The notes under the pieces are model-generated. The model searched no databases. It was not told the origin of the DNA and worked only from the letters and a program-made list of their open reading frames with translations. From a virus (taxonomy: Duplodnaviria > Caudoviricetes): 64,000 bases of DNA. Numbering within the stretch: the stretch's first letter is position 1; each line of letters opens with the position of its first letter. The DNA lies in the IMG/VR virus record IMGVR_UViG_3300031998_000028, positions 50,916 to 114,915 of that record. One strand, written 5' to 3'. Position numbers and translations under genes: made by a program. This document shows positions 11,542-21,883 of the stretch, piece by piece.

Positions 11542-12849
11542 ATGAATAAATATTTAGTAACAACTTTATTTTTAGATAATACAAAAAGCGTACCAAAATC
11601 GGTAACGAAAACATATGATTATATAATAGAGGATTCACTCTTTAGTCAAATCGAAGTTGGCCCATCCGCTGGAAGTGACAGAACGACAATATATTTAACC
11701 AGTTATAATATACAAAATACTGATGGCTATGATTATCGTGGCTCTAAAGTTGTTTTCTTAGCGGTTAAGCCATACAAGCCAGAAAAAGGTGACAATTTAA
11801 TAGCTCTTAAACGTATTTCAAAAATTACAAATAAAGAAGAGATTGTTTGTTTAACATCACATTATAATAAAGAATTATTGCCAATTATAAATGAGAAAAA
11901 TAAAAATGGTTGGTATACATCAAAAACTAGTTTGTTAATGGGGGTTTTATTGAATGCGGTAGGTGATAATGTGACAACAAATGATATAACAGCAGATAAA
12001 CTTAGTAGTTCCAATTGCTGTTATACTTCTAGTACAAGTGGTACTATTTCCGGTTCTTGGATTAATACAGGTACTAGTACAGGAGACGTATTAAAATATA
12101 ATAATAATTGGATAACTACAACTCCATATACTACAAACGATTGGACAGTTACTCTTGGTAATTATCCAGCTCAATCAGAGATAGATGAAATTAAAAAGCG
12201 TCTTGATAAATTAGAAAATAAAAATAAAAAGGAGAATAAAAAAATGTTTGATAGTCTTACAAAGAACTTGAAATGCGGCCGCGCGCAGGACGTACGTATG
12301 TCAATTTATGGTCCTGCTTTTAAAGGAGAGGATGGTAGCTGGTACTCTGTTGATATTGATGGTGAAATGACTGATGTATCCGACTTACTATTTGATATAG
12401 ATAGCTATTGCTATATGATGCCCGCACCTAAGAGTGCAATTGTTGAAGGAGATTTTATTCTCCATAATGGACATTGGGTAAAAGTTATTGAATATGGTAA
12501 TGGTTGTGTTATGAACGCGGTGGACACTTTCAATAAGCAGTTTATTGTACCTACTGTTACAAAGTCTCCATTTGGTTTTGAGTTCTACACCAAACTCGTT
12601 CAGCTTCTTGATTTCTCTAAAATGCCAATTAGTGCAGAAAACCCATTTGGTATGCTTCCTATGATGTTCATGTTGAATAACAAGAATGAAAAGGATATGC
12701 TTCCTATGCTGATGATGATGGGTACGCAGAATGGCGGTCTTAATTTTGATATGTCAAATCCTTTGATGATGTATCTTATGATGAAAGATGGGGATAATTC
12801 TAATCTGTTGCCCTTTTTGATGATGGGACAGATGCAAAAAAGTGAGTAA
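11542..12849 (+). CDS. hypothetical protein with Met-rich C-terminus (possible internal start at 12244)
   Basis: long ORF; AAGGAG before ATG 12244; MLPMMFM-type repeats. Confidence 0.6.
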   Translation: MNKYLVTTLFLDNTKSVPKSVTKTYDYIIEDSLFSQIEVGPSAGSDRTTIYLTSYNIQNTDGYDYRGSKVVFLAVKPYKPEKGDNLIALKRISKITNKEEIVCLTSHYNKELLPIINEKNKNGWYTSKTSLLMGVLLNAVGDNVTTNDITADKLSSSNCCYTSSTSGTISGSWINTGTSTGDVLKYNNNWITTTPYTTNDWTVTLGNYPAQSEIDEIKKRLDKLENKNKKENKKMFDSLTKNLKCGRAQDVRMSIYGPAFKGEDGSWYSVDIDGEMTDVSDLLFDIDSYCYMMPAPKSAIVEGDFILHNGHWVKVIEYGNGCVMNAVDTFNKQFIVPTVTKSPFGFEFYTKLVQLLDFSKMPISAENPFGMLPMMFMLNNKNEKDMLPMLMMMGTQNGGLNFDMSNPLMMYLMMKDGDNSNLLPFLMMGQMQKSE

Positions 12850-12921
12850 TATACCCGATAAGGTATAAAAAAATATTTAAAAAATTTTTTATACCCAATC
12901 GGGTATAAAATTGGAGGTTTT

Positions 12922-13431
12922 ATGAAAGCATATCTTGCAGGTTCTATCTTCTATTATGGGGACGAGCTAAGAAATACTGTATGGGCCGCAAAATTGCGTG
13001 AAGCTTTTCCAGAAATGGATTTGTATAGCCCTATTGAGAATACAGATATAAACGGGCGCGAGGGCAAGAAGAAGTTTGGTAGCCCCGCAGACATCGCGCG
13101 CGCCGATAATGAAAGGCTTGATAAGTCTGATATTTTGATTGCGTGCATTGATGGTGATGTGCTTCCCAGCGGCACATGCGCGGAAATCGGCAAATTCCAT
13201 GAAAAAATTGCCAATGGTGATAATAAGTTGTTGGTTGGTATTTGTACCGATAATCGCCAATGCTGCTTGACCTATAGCGAAGCAAAAGATTTGGGCGGCC
13301 GCGATATTGGTGCACAGCAATACAGTTATCAAAATATTTATGTAACTGGTCTTATCAAAGAAGTAGGGTATTTGGTTACAAATATAGATGAAGCAATTGA
13401 AAAAATCTTTAGATGGTTAAATGGTGAGTAA
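12922..13431 (+). CDS. nucleoside 2-deoxyribosyltransferase / dNMP N-glycosidase family
   Basis: YLAG, YSP, D..RL..SD, DG....SGTCAEIG motif. Confidence 0.8.
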   Translation: MKAYLAGSIFYYGDELRNTVWAAKLREAFPEMDLYSPIENTDINGREGKKKFGSPADIARADNERLDKSDILIACIDGDVLPSGTCAEIGKFHEKIANGDNKLLVGICTDNRQCCLTYSEAKDLGGRDIGAQQYSYQNIYVTGLIKEVGYLVTNIDEAIEKIFRWLNGE

Positions 13432-14661
13432 ATGATTTATAAAGTAGATGATAAAGTTCCTTTTGGTAAACTTTTGTTATTTGGACTACAAATAATGCTT
13501 AGTTGTTTTACAGCAACGGCATTAATCGCATAGATATGCGGCGTGCCGCTATCTGGCGCATTTTTAGGGGCAGGTTTTGCGACTGTTTTATATGCAACGC
13601 TAACTCATTTTCGTTCTCCTATGTTTATATCTAATAGTGGTGCTTTTGTTGCGCCAGTTCTTGCGGCCTTGGCGGCCGGAGGGTATACTGCAGTTGCAGT
13701 AGGTGGTGTAACAGCCTGCTTGGTATATTGTATCTTTGGTATCATTTTCAGTCGTATTGGCGTTGATAAACTATATAAGTTTATGCCAAGGGTTTTGATA
13801 GGTAGTATTACTGTTGTAATTGGTATAAATCTTATGGGATTTATTACTGGTTATATTGGTGACACAGGGAATCTTGGAGTAGTAATTGCTTTTATTACTG
13901 TTGCGGCAATTGCGCTTTCCAGCCATTATCTTAAAGGTACGCTTTCATTGTTCCCATTCTTAATAGGAACTCTTGTCGGTTATGTTGTGTCCATTCCATT
14001 TGGTCTTGTAGATTTTTCAAAATTTCAAGGCATTGGACTTTTTAATATTCCTGATTTAGCCTGTGCGCACTGGACTGTGGTTAGCTTTAAGAGTTTAATC
14101 CCTGTTATTGTACTTTATATTGCTTTTACAATTAGCGCAATTTGTGAATGTTTAAGTGACCATGCAGTACTTGGAAATATTATTGGTGAAGATTTATATA
14201 AAAATCCCGGCCTTTCAAGTATTTTCGTTGGCGAAGGAATCGCAAATTTGTCTACTGCATTTTTTGGCGGCCTGGGCGCATGTAGCTACGGAGAAGGCGT
14301 GGGCGCAGTTGGATTCAGTAAGTGTGCATCTGTTACAGCTACCTTGATGGCAGCTTTGATGATGATGGCACTTGCATTTCTTGAGCCAGTGCAAGCCTTT
14401 ATAAGTTCGATTCCATCTTGTGTTATTGGCGGCGGTACAGCTTGTTTACTGTATGGTTTTATAAGTGCAAGTGGTATTAAAACCTTAAAGAATGTTGATT
14501 TGGATAATCAAAAGAATCTTATTATTTGTTCTGTAGTATTGGCACTCGGTATTAGCGGTATTGTAATTGGTAATGAAGTATTTAGTCTAAGCGGTACTGC
14601 TTTAGCTCTTGTGGCTGGTATTATTTTGAATCTTGTATTAAAGGAGAAGACAAATGCTTAA
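13432..14661 (+). CDS. NCS2 uracil/xanthine permease (UraA/PyrP-like) (TAG=Gln)
   Basis: multiple TM helices, SNSGAF, CSYGEGVG; N-terminus extends through one TAG to ATG 13432. Confidence 0.85.
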
Positions 14662-14860
14662 ATTAAAAGTAACAGAAGAATGGCGTTGTGAGGACAAGAA
14701 TGAGGCCGAAGCTTTTATTAAGGCAGCGCGCGAAGATAAAGGATATACTGTTATAAAGGCCGGTTATACCCATAAGGAGAAAAAGGCGAAGGGTGAGATT
14801 GTAGACGAATGTGAGGTTGTTTCTATTACGAAGCAGTATGCAACAGTATGGAATCTGTAA
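14654..14860 (+). CDS. hypothetical protein
   Basis: RBS and overlap with neighbouring genes. Confidence 0.6.
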   Translation: MLKLKVTEEWRCEDKNEAEAFIKAAREDKGYTVIKAGYTHKEKKAKGEIVDECEVVSITKQYATVWNL

Positions 14861-15297
14861 ATTTGCATACACGTATTAAGCCACCTACATATTTTCTTTA
14901 GAACCCCGAAGATTGTAAGTATTATAAAAATGCGGATTGTCTCGGCGCTCGAGTTATTTCTAAGTGTGCGCCGGACGATTGCAAGGATTTTTTAAATGCG
15001 AATTTGCCGCAAGTAATTACGCTTTGCGGCTCCACGCGTTTCAAGGAATAGTTTTTTGAAGCTGCACGTGATTTAACTCTCCAAGGATGGATAGTACTAA
15101 TGCCTTTAGTATTTGGTCATTCTGGCGATACTATAACAGATGAAGAAAAATCAAAACTCGACGAATTACATCTTGAAAAAATTAGATTATCAAATGCAGT
15201 TTTTGTACTTAATATAGGAGGATATATCGGCGATTCTACGCGGAAGGAAATGGAATTTGCATAGGCGCGCGATATCCCAATTTATTTGTATGAATGA
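14848..15297 (+). CDS. NDT/DUF4406-like Rossmann-fold protein (TAG=Gln)
   Basis: ITLCGSTRFKE[TAG]F...H..KI..S.AVFVLNIGGYIGDST..E. Confidence 0.7.
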
Positions 15298-15616
15298 AGA
15301 TTATTTGGAGTTTAGTTTATTAGATGTGGATGATGAAAGTTTCTTAAAAGAAGAGGAAGAAATCATTTGTCGACATTGTAAATTAATTTCATATGTTGAA
15401 TTTAATGCGCCAGAAGAAAAAGAAGTTGTAGATTTTTCAAATTATAGCTTTGAGACAAATGAAGGCTTTGTGCTATGGAGCTGTTTTTATAGTGAAGATG
15501 GCATTGATGAAATGACTATAAATAGTGATTGCATGGTTAGTCGTACTCCTCTTGAAGATGGCACATTTGAATTTTATTGGTGGCCCGCAGGTACTATTAC
15601 TTTTTTTGGAGATTGA
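15290..15616 (+). CDS. acidic hypothetical protein
   Basis: ORF track. Confidence 0.5.
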   Translation: MNEDYLEFSLLDVDDESFLKEEEEIICRHCKLISYVEFNAPEEKEVVDFSNYSFETNEGFVLWSCFYSEDGIDEMTINSDCMVSRTPLEDGTFEFYWWPAGTITFFGD

Positions 15617-15618
15617 TT

Positions 15619-15948
15619 ATGAATTATATGTAGTTAGCCGCATTAATTTGTGCAGTTTTAGCGATTGCTATTCCTTTTGGAGTAAAATTTTATAAAACAA
15701 GTCAAGCTCTCGTAAGAGAGAAAAATTGGCCTCGTCTAGTTGAGGCAGTAAGTCATTATATGATGCAAGCTGAAACCTTGTTTGAAGTTGGCGCAGATAA
15801 AAAAGCATGGGTTTTAACTATGATTTAGACTACTGCTGATGAAATAGATTATGACTTGACAGAGCAAGATATGAAAAACCTTAGTGATTTAATTGATAGT
15901 TTGTGTGAAATGTCTAAGGTTGTAAATGTTGAAGAGGCCGCTGAGTAA
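15619..15948 (+). CDS. phage holin (LL-H-like) (TAG=Gln)
   Basis: N-terminal TM, AE...GADKK motif; TAG at codon 5. Confidence 0.6.
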
Positions 15949-16023
15949 TTAGCGGTCTCATTTTTGACTTTTTTTAAAATTTATGATATAATTATATTAG
16001 AAAATGAGATAGGAGGTAATCAT

Positions 16024-16254
16024 ATGAATCGTTTGATTGTCGTTGCTATTGGAAACAAAGCTGAAAATAAGATTAGCTTTAAGGTTGCAAATGATTCGAA
16101 GGCGGCGCTTCGTATGGTTACACGGGCTCATGAGGACGGACTTGTGACGGCGGTAGGGGCAATTAATTATACTCACTCTCGTGAGAAAGCATATGCTCAA
16201 CTGCGTGCAAATCTTCGTAAAAAGATTTTGGAGAAAGTCGGAGTTAAAATTTGA
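16024..16254 (+). CDS. small basic hypothetical protein
   Basis: own SigA-like promoter and AGGAGG RBS. Confidence 0.6.
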   Translation: MNRLIVVAIGNKAENKISFKVANDSKAALRMVTRAHEDGLVTAVGAINYTHSREKAYAQLRANLRKKILEKVGVKI

Positions 16255-16293
16255 TTTTTTCTAAAATTCGTGGTATAATTATTATAGAAAGTT

Positions 16294-16371
16294 GAGAGAG
16301 ACCTTAACTGGTAAGGCGACTGTTCGAGTCAGATAAGAGGATAACCGTAGAGTTCAACTCTCTTCTCTCTT
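16294..16371 (+). ncRNA. degenerate tRNA-like element (possible CGA loop), no CCA
   Basis: GAGAGAG/CTCTCTT acceptor-like stem, CCTT-AACTGGT-AAGG D-like arm, AGAG-TTCAACT-CTCT T-like arm. Confidence 0.4.
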
Positions 16372-16379
16372 AATTTTAT

Positions 16380-17287
16380 AAGGCGGTGGGTAAATTGGCC
16401 CTCGCAGTTAGTGGGACAAAGTAAACAAAACCCACTCGAATGCGCGCGAAATGCTAAGTATCGCGGCAGGGGTTATATATAATGGGTGTAGCGAAAATAG
16501 TCGAAAAGTACCTACACCAAAGGTAATTGTTCTGCCCTTTAAATCTTTTGTATGGGGTACGATTATAGCAGGCTTAGCACTGGAGAATGGATAATACATA
16601 CAAAAGTAAGTGTATCTGCGCGAGGGTGGAATACGGTTAAATTTGAGGTTGCGGTCCCAAGTAGCGAAAGCGGAGCTTGGTAAGTTAGCGAGATACATTT
16701 TAAAAAGAAGTTGGGAGGTCTACCTTTCTACCTCCCCTAACTTCTACGAGGTAACCCTCCCAATGGCCGTAGTGCAAGGCGGCAGAATCGGTAAGACAGG
16801 CCTATGGCAGTAACGTCGAGACCGTGAAGTGGTGAGCACATCGTATAGTGAGACGAGAGGTAACGTGAACCATCGTACAATCGCGCGCCGTAAGTTGGCG
16901 GTCGGGTAGACTAAGCCCGATAATAACAAAGCCCATAGGGAGTCATGACCTTTTGGAATATTGGATAAGGAAAGGGGTCCATGTAAAGATGCGATTCTAT
17001 ACAATAGTGGAGCAGAAACTATAAACGTCATCTGCCGGGTAAGGCCACAGTACCATAAGTTAAGGTTGAGTGGCGGCCATCTATCGGGTCTAAAAGATAG
17101 AAAACTTATCGAAATAACTGAAACAGTAGAGAAGAGAAGAGGATAACAGGTCGCAAGCTCTTACTTGGAGTTGCTAACCAAGAAACTGCGGGACTCTGCG
17201 CCGCCGCACGCTGTAGTAAGAAGTAGATATGGGGAGAAATCCCGTCACGTGGCGGACGCGTGACATAAATAAATAAAAGTTCCGCAA
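16380..17287 (+). ncRNA. large ORF-free structured RNA (GOLLD/ROOL-size candidate)
   Basis: about 900 nt without a credible ORF, many hairpins with GNRA-like loops, between a promoter and the first tRNA. Confidence 0.45.
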
Positions 17288-17292
17288 CTTAT

Positions 17293-17368
17293 GGGGGATT
17301 GGTGTTAGTGGCAAGCATGGCTGCCTTCCAAGCAGCAGGGGCCGGTTCGAGTCCGGTATCTCCTTCCA
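17293..17368 (+). tRNA. tRNA-Gly(TCC)
   Basis: cloverleaf, GCTGC-CTTCCAA-GCAGC, CCA end. Confidence 0.9.
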
Positions 17369-17443
17369 TAGACCCATACAGCAAAACTGTAGAAATGCAA
17401 TAAAAATATATTGGATATTTATGATTACATTTATAAGGGTCTA
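17369..17443 (+). ncRNA. CAGCAA-stem small RNA copy E1 (Y-RNA-like candidate)
   Basis: TAGACCC-ATA-CAGCAA...GGGTCTA terminal stem. Confidence 0.6.
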
Positions 17444-17487
17444 GTTTATATGGCGCGGTATCCCAATCGGAAGCAGGAAGTGGACTT

Positions 17488-18206
17488 TCGTTTTAAACGA
17501 TGAGAGCGCGCGGATGTGAAAACGCCGCGTGGATGCTGGCTAATTCGGCGAAAGACTCTATGAGTTAACGCCGAGCTAAAATTTGGAAAACACTTCAAAA
17601 AAATATAGTTGTGTCTTCCATTTTCTACTTTATAGTAGAACGGAGGATAAGAAATGAGAACTGATATTTTAGAGAAGCGTGAGCAAATTCTTACATGGAT
17701 TGCCGAAGGTAGAACAAAAACTTATATGTGTTAGGAATTGCACTGTAAGCCAGAAACTTTAAATAAATATTTAGAGAAAATGGAAATTGTTTATAATGGC
17801 AATCAAAGCGGCAAGGGCATACCTAAAGCTAAATATAAATCTACACTTGTTGAATATCTTGCAACAAGTTAGGATATTTAGACAAATAAAGTAAGGCTTA
17901 AGCTGTTACGAGAAGGTTATAAAGAACATAAGTGTGAGTGTTGTGGTTTAACAACCTGGTTAGATAAGCCAATTCCTTTGGAATTACATCACATTGATGG
18001 CAACCGACACAATAATACTATTGAAAATTTCATGCTTTTGTGTCCAAATTGTCATGCTTTTACTGACTCATATTGTGGTAAGAATAGCGCCAAATAAATG
18101 TGTAGAGACTATATACCAGCCTCCTAAGGACGGCGCGCCGTCTATGGAGAAGACATAGTCCAGACTACAACGCAGTAATGCGGCTATGGTGACATAGAGT
18201 AGTAAG
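17488..18206 (+). mobile_element. group I intron in the tRNA-Leu(UAA) anticodon
   Basis: U at the 5' splice site, terminal G, GTAGAGACT (R/P7) near 18102 and GAAGACATAGTCC (S) near 18149. Confidence 0.85.
17654..18097 (+). CDS. intron-encoded HNH homing endonuclease (TAG=Gln)
   Basis: CECCG..LELHHIDGNRHNN..N..LLCPNCH; three in-frame TAG; GGAGG RBS. Confidence 0.85.
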
Positions 18207-18379
18207 AAAATCCATTCAGTATGGGTTCGAATCCCATTCGCGCTACCAAGGATTCTTTTAATCCTCCTTTTTTCAAGTTTCTTTTTGGATGGGACGCGTA
18301 CGGCGTGGTGATGAACTGCTGAGGGCGCGCGTCATGTAAGTTGGGCGGGGCGGCTTACAAAAATTTTGAGGTATCCAAT

Positions 18380-18763
18380 ATGAGTGTTTCTTTATTTATT
18401 GCTCTTTTTGTGGGCGGCGGTTTTGTAAATATTTTATTAACCCAAGCAATCAAATAGTTTTATTATAATAGAAATGAAGCAGCAAGCCCAAACGTAATTG
18501 CCCTTGTAAATGCAATTATAATAGGTGGAGGAGGGACTGCTTTTGCCTATTCTTTATTAGGAATTGAATGGTCGCTAAATAATATTTTATGTCTTATTGC
18601 AATGATGCTATTTGTTTGGATGGGGAGTATGATTGGATATTCCAAAATTTTAGAGACTTATCGCCAATTCCGTACTTGGTAGATGCAAGTAAATTAGGGA
18701 AAAGATATAGTTGATGCAACGCAGGAACTCGTAGATAAAGTAAATAATGAAGAAAACGAATGA
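18380..18763 (+). CDS. holin-like membrane protein (TAG=Gln)
   Basis: three TM segments, open only with TAG=Gln. Confidence 0.6.
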
Positions 18764-18764
18764 T

Positions 18765-18840
18765 GTGGATGTAGCTTAATTGGTAAAGCGCCACCCTGCC
18801 ACGGTGGAGAGTGCGAGTCCAATTCTCGTCATTCACTCCA
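18765..18840 (+). tRNA. tRNA-Gly(GCC)
   Basis: cloverleaf, CCA end. Confidence 0.9.
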
Positions 18841-18843
18841 TAT

Positions 18844-18919
18844 GGGCAGTTAGCAAACTTGGTGGATGCGCGCGGTTGAAGCCCGTGAGAAAGAGGGTCG
18901 GTACCTCTACTGCCCACCA
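18844..18919 (+). tRNA. tRNA-Phe(GAA)
   Basis: cloverleaf, atypical T loop, CCA end. Confidence 0.8.
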
Positions 18920-18994
18920 AACCCTATAAATTTTGACTTTTTCTAAAATTTATGATATAATAATTATAGAAAGTTGAGAAAGGGGAATAAAGAA

Positions 18995-19180
18995 ATGAGT
19001 CCGTTTGATGATTTTGATACGCAGCGTCAGTCCGATGAGGACGCTTGGGAGCGTGAGTTCCTTGAGTGGTTCAGCAAGCAGATTTCTCCGTATAAGGTCT
19101 ATGAGATTGATTGTGATGACGGTACTCATGGAGACCTTATTTATGAGTGGACTGGCCATCCCGATTTTTCTCTTTCGTAA
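18995..19180 (+). CDS. small acidic hypothetical protein
   Basis: own promoter and RBS. Confidence 0.55.
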   Translation: MSPFDDFDTQRQSDEDAWEREFLEWFSKQISPYKVYEIDCDDGTHGDLIYEWTGHPDFSLS

Positions 19181-19182
19181 TT

Positions 19183-19258
19183 GGTGCCATCGTCTAGCGG
19201 TCAAGGATAGCAGACCCTCAATCTGCTGACACCAGTTCAAATCTGGTTGGCATCACCA
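19183..19258 (+). tRNA. tRNA-Glu(CTC)
   Basis: cloverleaf, CCA end. Confidence 0.9.
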
Positions 19259-19710
19259 GCCGTACCTTTAGTCTTTTGAGTTCGATAACGAGGAGAAAAG
19301 ACAGTGAGATTTGAGAGTATTCACTAATCAATAACTCTCCGGCGTTCTGGTGCGTCGTTAAGCTTAAAAAGCCAAACAGCCCTCGGCGGGTCAAGACACA
19401 ACGTAAAATAGTTGCCGCCATGTCCAAATGAATGGGTTATGACATTAAACTGTACTCGTTTCCGCGGCTTGGTGCTGCCGCGTCAAAAAAGTAATCCGGT
19501 GGAATAGAAAGTTCGGCCACCTACAAAATAATGGGAACAGTCGCGGGCGCGCGATGGTAAGAAATTACGTATCAAATGTTTTGCCAACTTCTCTTGGCTG
19601 CAAACAAGAGTGCGGTTGTTGCAGCAACCAAAACGTAGACCGGATGCGTTAAGACCGGCGGACATCTCGCCCGTTGAGGAGAGAAGAGTGGGTAAAAGAG
19701 CTAAATCCCA

Positions 19711-19818
19711 CCGCCAGAACATAAGGGCATATGGAATGGTTGGATGCTCGGGGCACCGTGGCCTTTTGCCAACACGGATGATACCTTGGAGACGTGGGTT
19801 CGAACCCCGCCCTGGCGG
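19711..19818 (+). ncRNA. enlarged tRNA-like element
   Basis: CCGCCAG/CTGGCGG closing stem, GTGGG-TTCGAAC-CCCGC T arm, extended D- and anticodon-like arms, no CCA. Confidence 0.45.
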
Positions 19819-20142
19819 CTTTGTGGCTGCTGGGTAGTTTAGAAGGTCAAAACACCAGGGACATTAATGGTCGCGTAGGGAACCTCCTCGTGGTGCGACT
19901 GGACGGACAGTAGTATGCGATTACTGAGCCGAGAACTAATTCCCAGATAGTTTCAATCTAATATCGCATAGGATTGAAGTGTACTCCCCTTAAGCCCAAG
20001 GGCGCAGGTTGTGACCAGCGATACAACAGTAACTCGGGATGCGCATGAAATTTCGGCTATAAGGTACACAGCGAGCCGTAGAAGCAGTACAGCTATCGAA
20101 TTAAAACTGGGGTAGCGGGCAGTATAATCATACCGCTAATAT

Positions 20143-20219
20143 CGCGCAGTAGTCGAATTGGCGAAGACGCCGGCCCTTCAAGCCGGAGATTACGGGTTCA
20201 ATCCCCGTCTGCGTGACCA
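20143..20219 (+). tRNA. tRNA-Glu(TTC)
   Basis: cloverleaf, CCA end. Confidence 0.9.
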
Positions 20220-20295
20220 GTAAGTTTGTCGGTATAATAAGACTTGAAAACCGTCGTTAAAAAGTTTAGCTAATCTTTGAGCTTCGGCTCTAAAT

Positions 20296-20372
20296 GGGCG
20301 AGTACCCCAATTGGGAGAGGGAATAGGCTCAAACCCTATGAAGTGTGGGTTCGAATCCCACCTGGCCTACCA
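20296..20372 (+). tRNA. tRNA-Leu(CAA), short variable arm
   Basis: ATAGG-CTCAAAC-CCTAT, CCA end. Confidence 0.85.
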
Positions 20373-20623
20373 ACGTTTTTATGAATTGGACGTTAATCAA
20401 TTCATCGTGTGAGAGGATGGATTTTCAGATTAAACTACCACTGGCGACGCCTCCAATGTCGATATGTGGCACAGTCATTTGAAAACACGTTAAACGAAAA
20501 CGAAAGTAAATCTGAACTAGATCGTGGAGTGATGCGTATGAAAATTACAAAAATCTCCGAAGGCGAGGAAACGCCGATTGGCTAGTAGAAGACCTGGGCA
20601 TGTCTTTAAACTGCCTACTATAT

Positions 20624-20699
20624 GGGCTGGTAGCTCTAATGGGAGAGCGTCTGCTTTGCACGCAGAGGGTTGTGGGTTCAAGTCCCATCTGGTCCACCA
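20624..20699 (+). tRNA. tRNA-Ala(TGC)
   Basis: cloverleaf with G3.U70, CCA end. Confidence 0.9.
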
Positions 20700-20912
20700 A
20701 TATGCGCGCCATATCGCATGGGGACGAGGACTGGAGCAACGTCCCAACAGGCATAAATAAATAAAGTCCCCAGGATGTTTTGCGGTATCAGTACATAACC
20801 GCCTCAAGAGCCGAAGTGTTTGTGGGTCTGTGCCTCTTATATGGCAATAGAGAGGAAACGAGAAGGACAAGGCGTGAAATCGGTTTGAAACGCGAAAAAC
20901 CCACATCTATAT

Positions 20913-20986
20913 CGCACCGTAGAGGAGCGGTCCCTTGCTAGGTTCATACCCTGGAGACGCAAGTTCGAATCTTGCCGGTGCTACCA
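20913..20986 (+). tRNA. tRNA-Met(CAT), initiator-like
   Basis: C1 mismatch at 1:72, CAT anticodon. Confidence 0.8.
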
Positions 20987-20989
20987 AAT

Positions 20990-21064
20990 GCCAGGCTAGC
21001 ACAATGGAAGTGCAATTCCTTCATACGGAAAAGGTTCTCGGTTCAAGTCCGGGGCCTGGTACCA
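20990..21064 (+). tRNA. tRNA-Met/Ile2(CAT)
   Basis: cloverleaf, CCA end. Confidence 0.8.
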
Positions 21065-21112
21065 GCGGCAAAGAATAGAACGCCGTAAACGTAAAAGGGA
21101 GGAATTTTACAA

Positions 21113-21418
21113 ATGAAGTATTTTAGTGAAAAAACGAACAAAACTTACGACACCGAAAAAGATTGCCTTTTTGCAGAAGCCGAATATGACAAAGCAATCG
21201 CTGAGGAAAAAATTAAAAAGGAAAGACTTAGTACAGAACGTAAGGCGCGCGCGAGCGAGGTCGAAGAAGCATACAAAGCAGTTCTCGAAGCATCAAAACA
21301 CTACAGAGAAAAGCTCAATGCTTTTGTAAAAGACTATGGCTCTTTTCATATGACTTTGCGGACTGGGGACGGAAATCCTTTTGATTTATTTGATAGGTTT
21401 TTTGACCGCTTTTGGTAA
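21113..21418 (+). CDS. coiled-coil hypothetical protein
   Basis: GGAGG RBS. Confidence 0.65.
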   Translation: MKYFSEKTNKTYDTEKDCLFAEAEYDKAIAEEKIKKERLSTERKARASEVEEAYKAVLEASKHYREKLNAFVKDYGSFHMTLRTGDGNPFDLFDRFFDRFW

Positions 21419-21462
21419 CTAAAAAAGTAGAAGAATTAATTAAAGCTTTTACTTGAAAGTGA

Positions 21463-21617
21463 AAGGCTCAGGCAGCAAAAAATTTTTTTGTAGGTCTTAC
21501 CTGCTTCTTGATATTGAAGATATATCACAACTGGATAATATATCGAGTTGTTCCACGTGGGCGCAATCACACGTTAAAAATGGTCGAGAACGCATTACTC
21601 GTAAAAACGTGAGCCTT
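21463..21617 (+). ncRNA. CAGCAA-stem small RNA copy E2 (multi-hairpin cargo)
   Basis: AAGGCTC-AGG-CAGCAA...GAGCCTT, about five internal hairpins. Confidence 0.55.
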
Positions 21618-21883
21618 GGATACTTAAAATTTGTAATTTCTCAAATTTTATGTTATAATTATTATAGAAAGTGAGAGAGGTACGAAGTACGAAGGCCTCT
21701 TGGCAACAATAACGAAGTATTTACCTCACTTCTGAACTCCGGTCTATCAAACGTAGTGGACACACAGTGCATATCTACGGGGTACGCGTTAAAGCGGAGT
21801 TTTGGGTAGAATATCATAGGGAATACACCTCATAAAGTCAGTAGCGTCGGGGCTGACTATAATTACAAGCCGGCGCGCCTTAT

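Larger units (their letters stand above)
17452..18248 (+). tRNA. tRNA-Leu(TAA) split by a group I intron
   Basis: exon 17452-17487 (..GTGGA-CTT) plus exon 18207-18248 (AAAA-TCCAT..GGTTCGAATCC..ACCA) give loop CTTAAAA. Confidence 0.85.

Noticed and set aside
19260-19818. tmRNA
   Set aside because: The T arm is closed locally by CCGCCAG/CTGGCGG, with no GGGG 5' end, G3.U70, CCA or tag ORF recognised.
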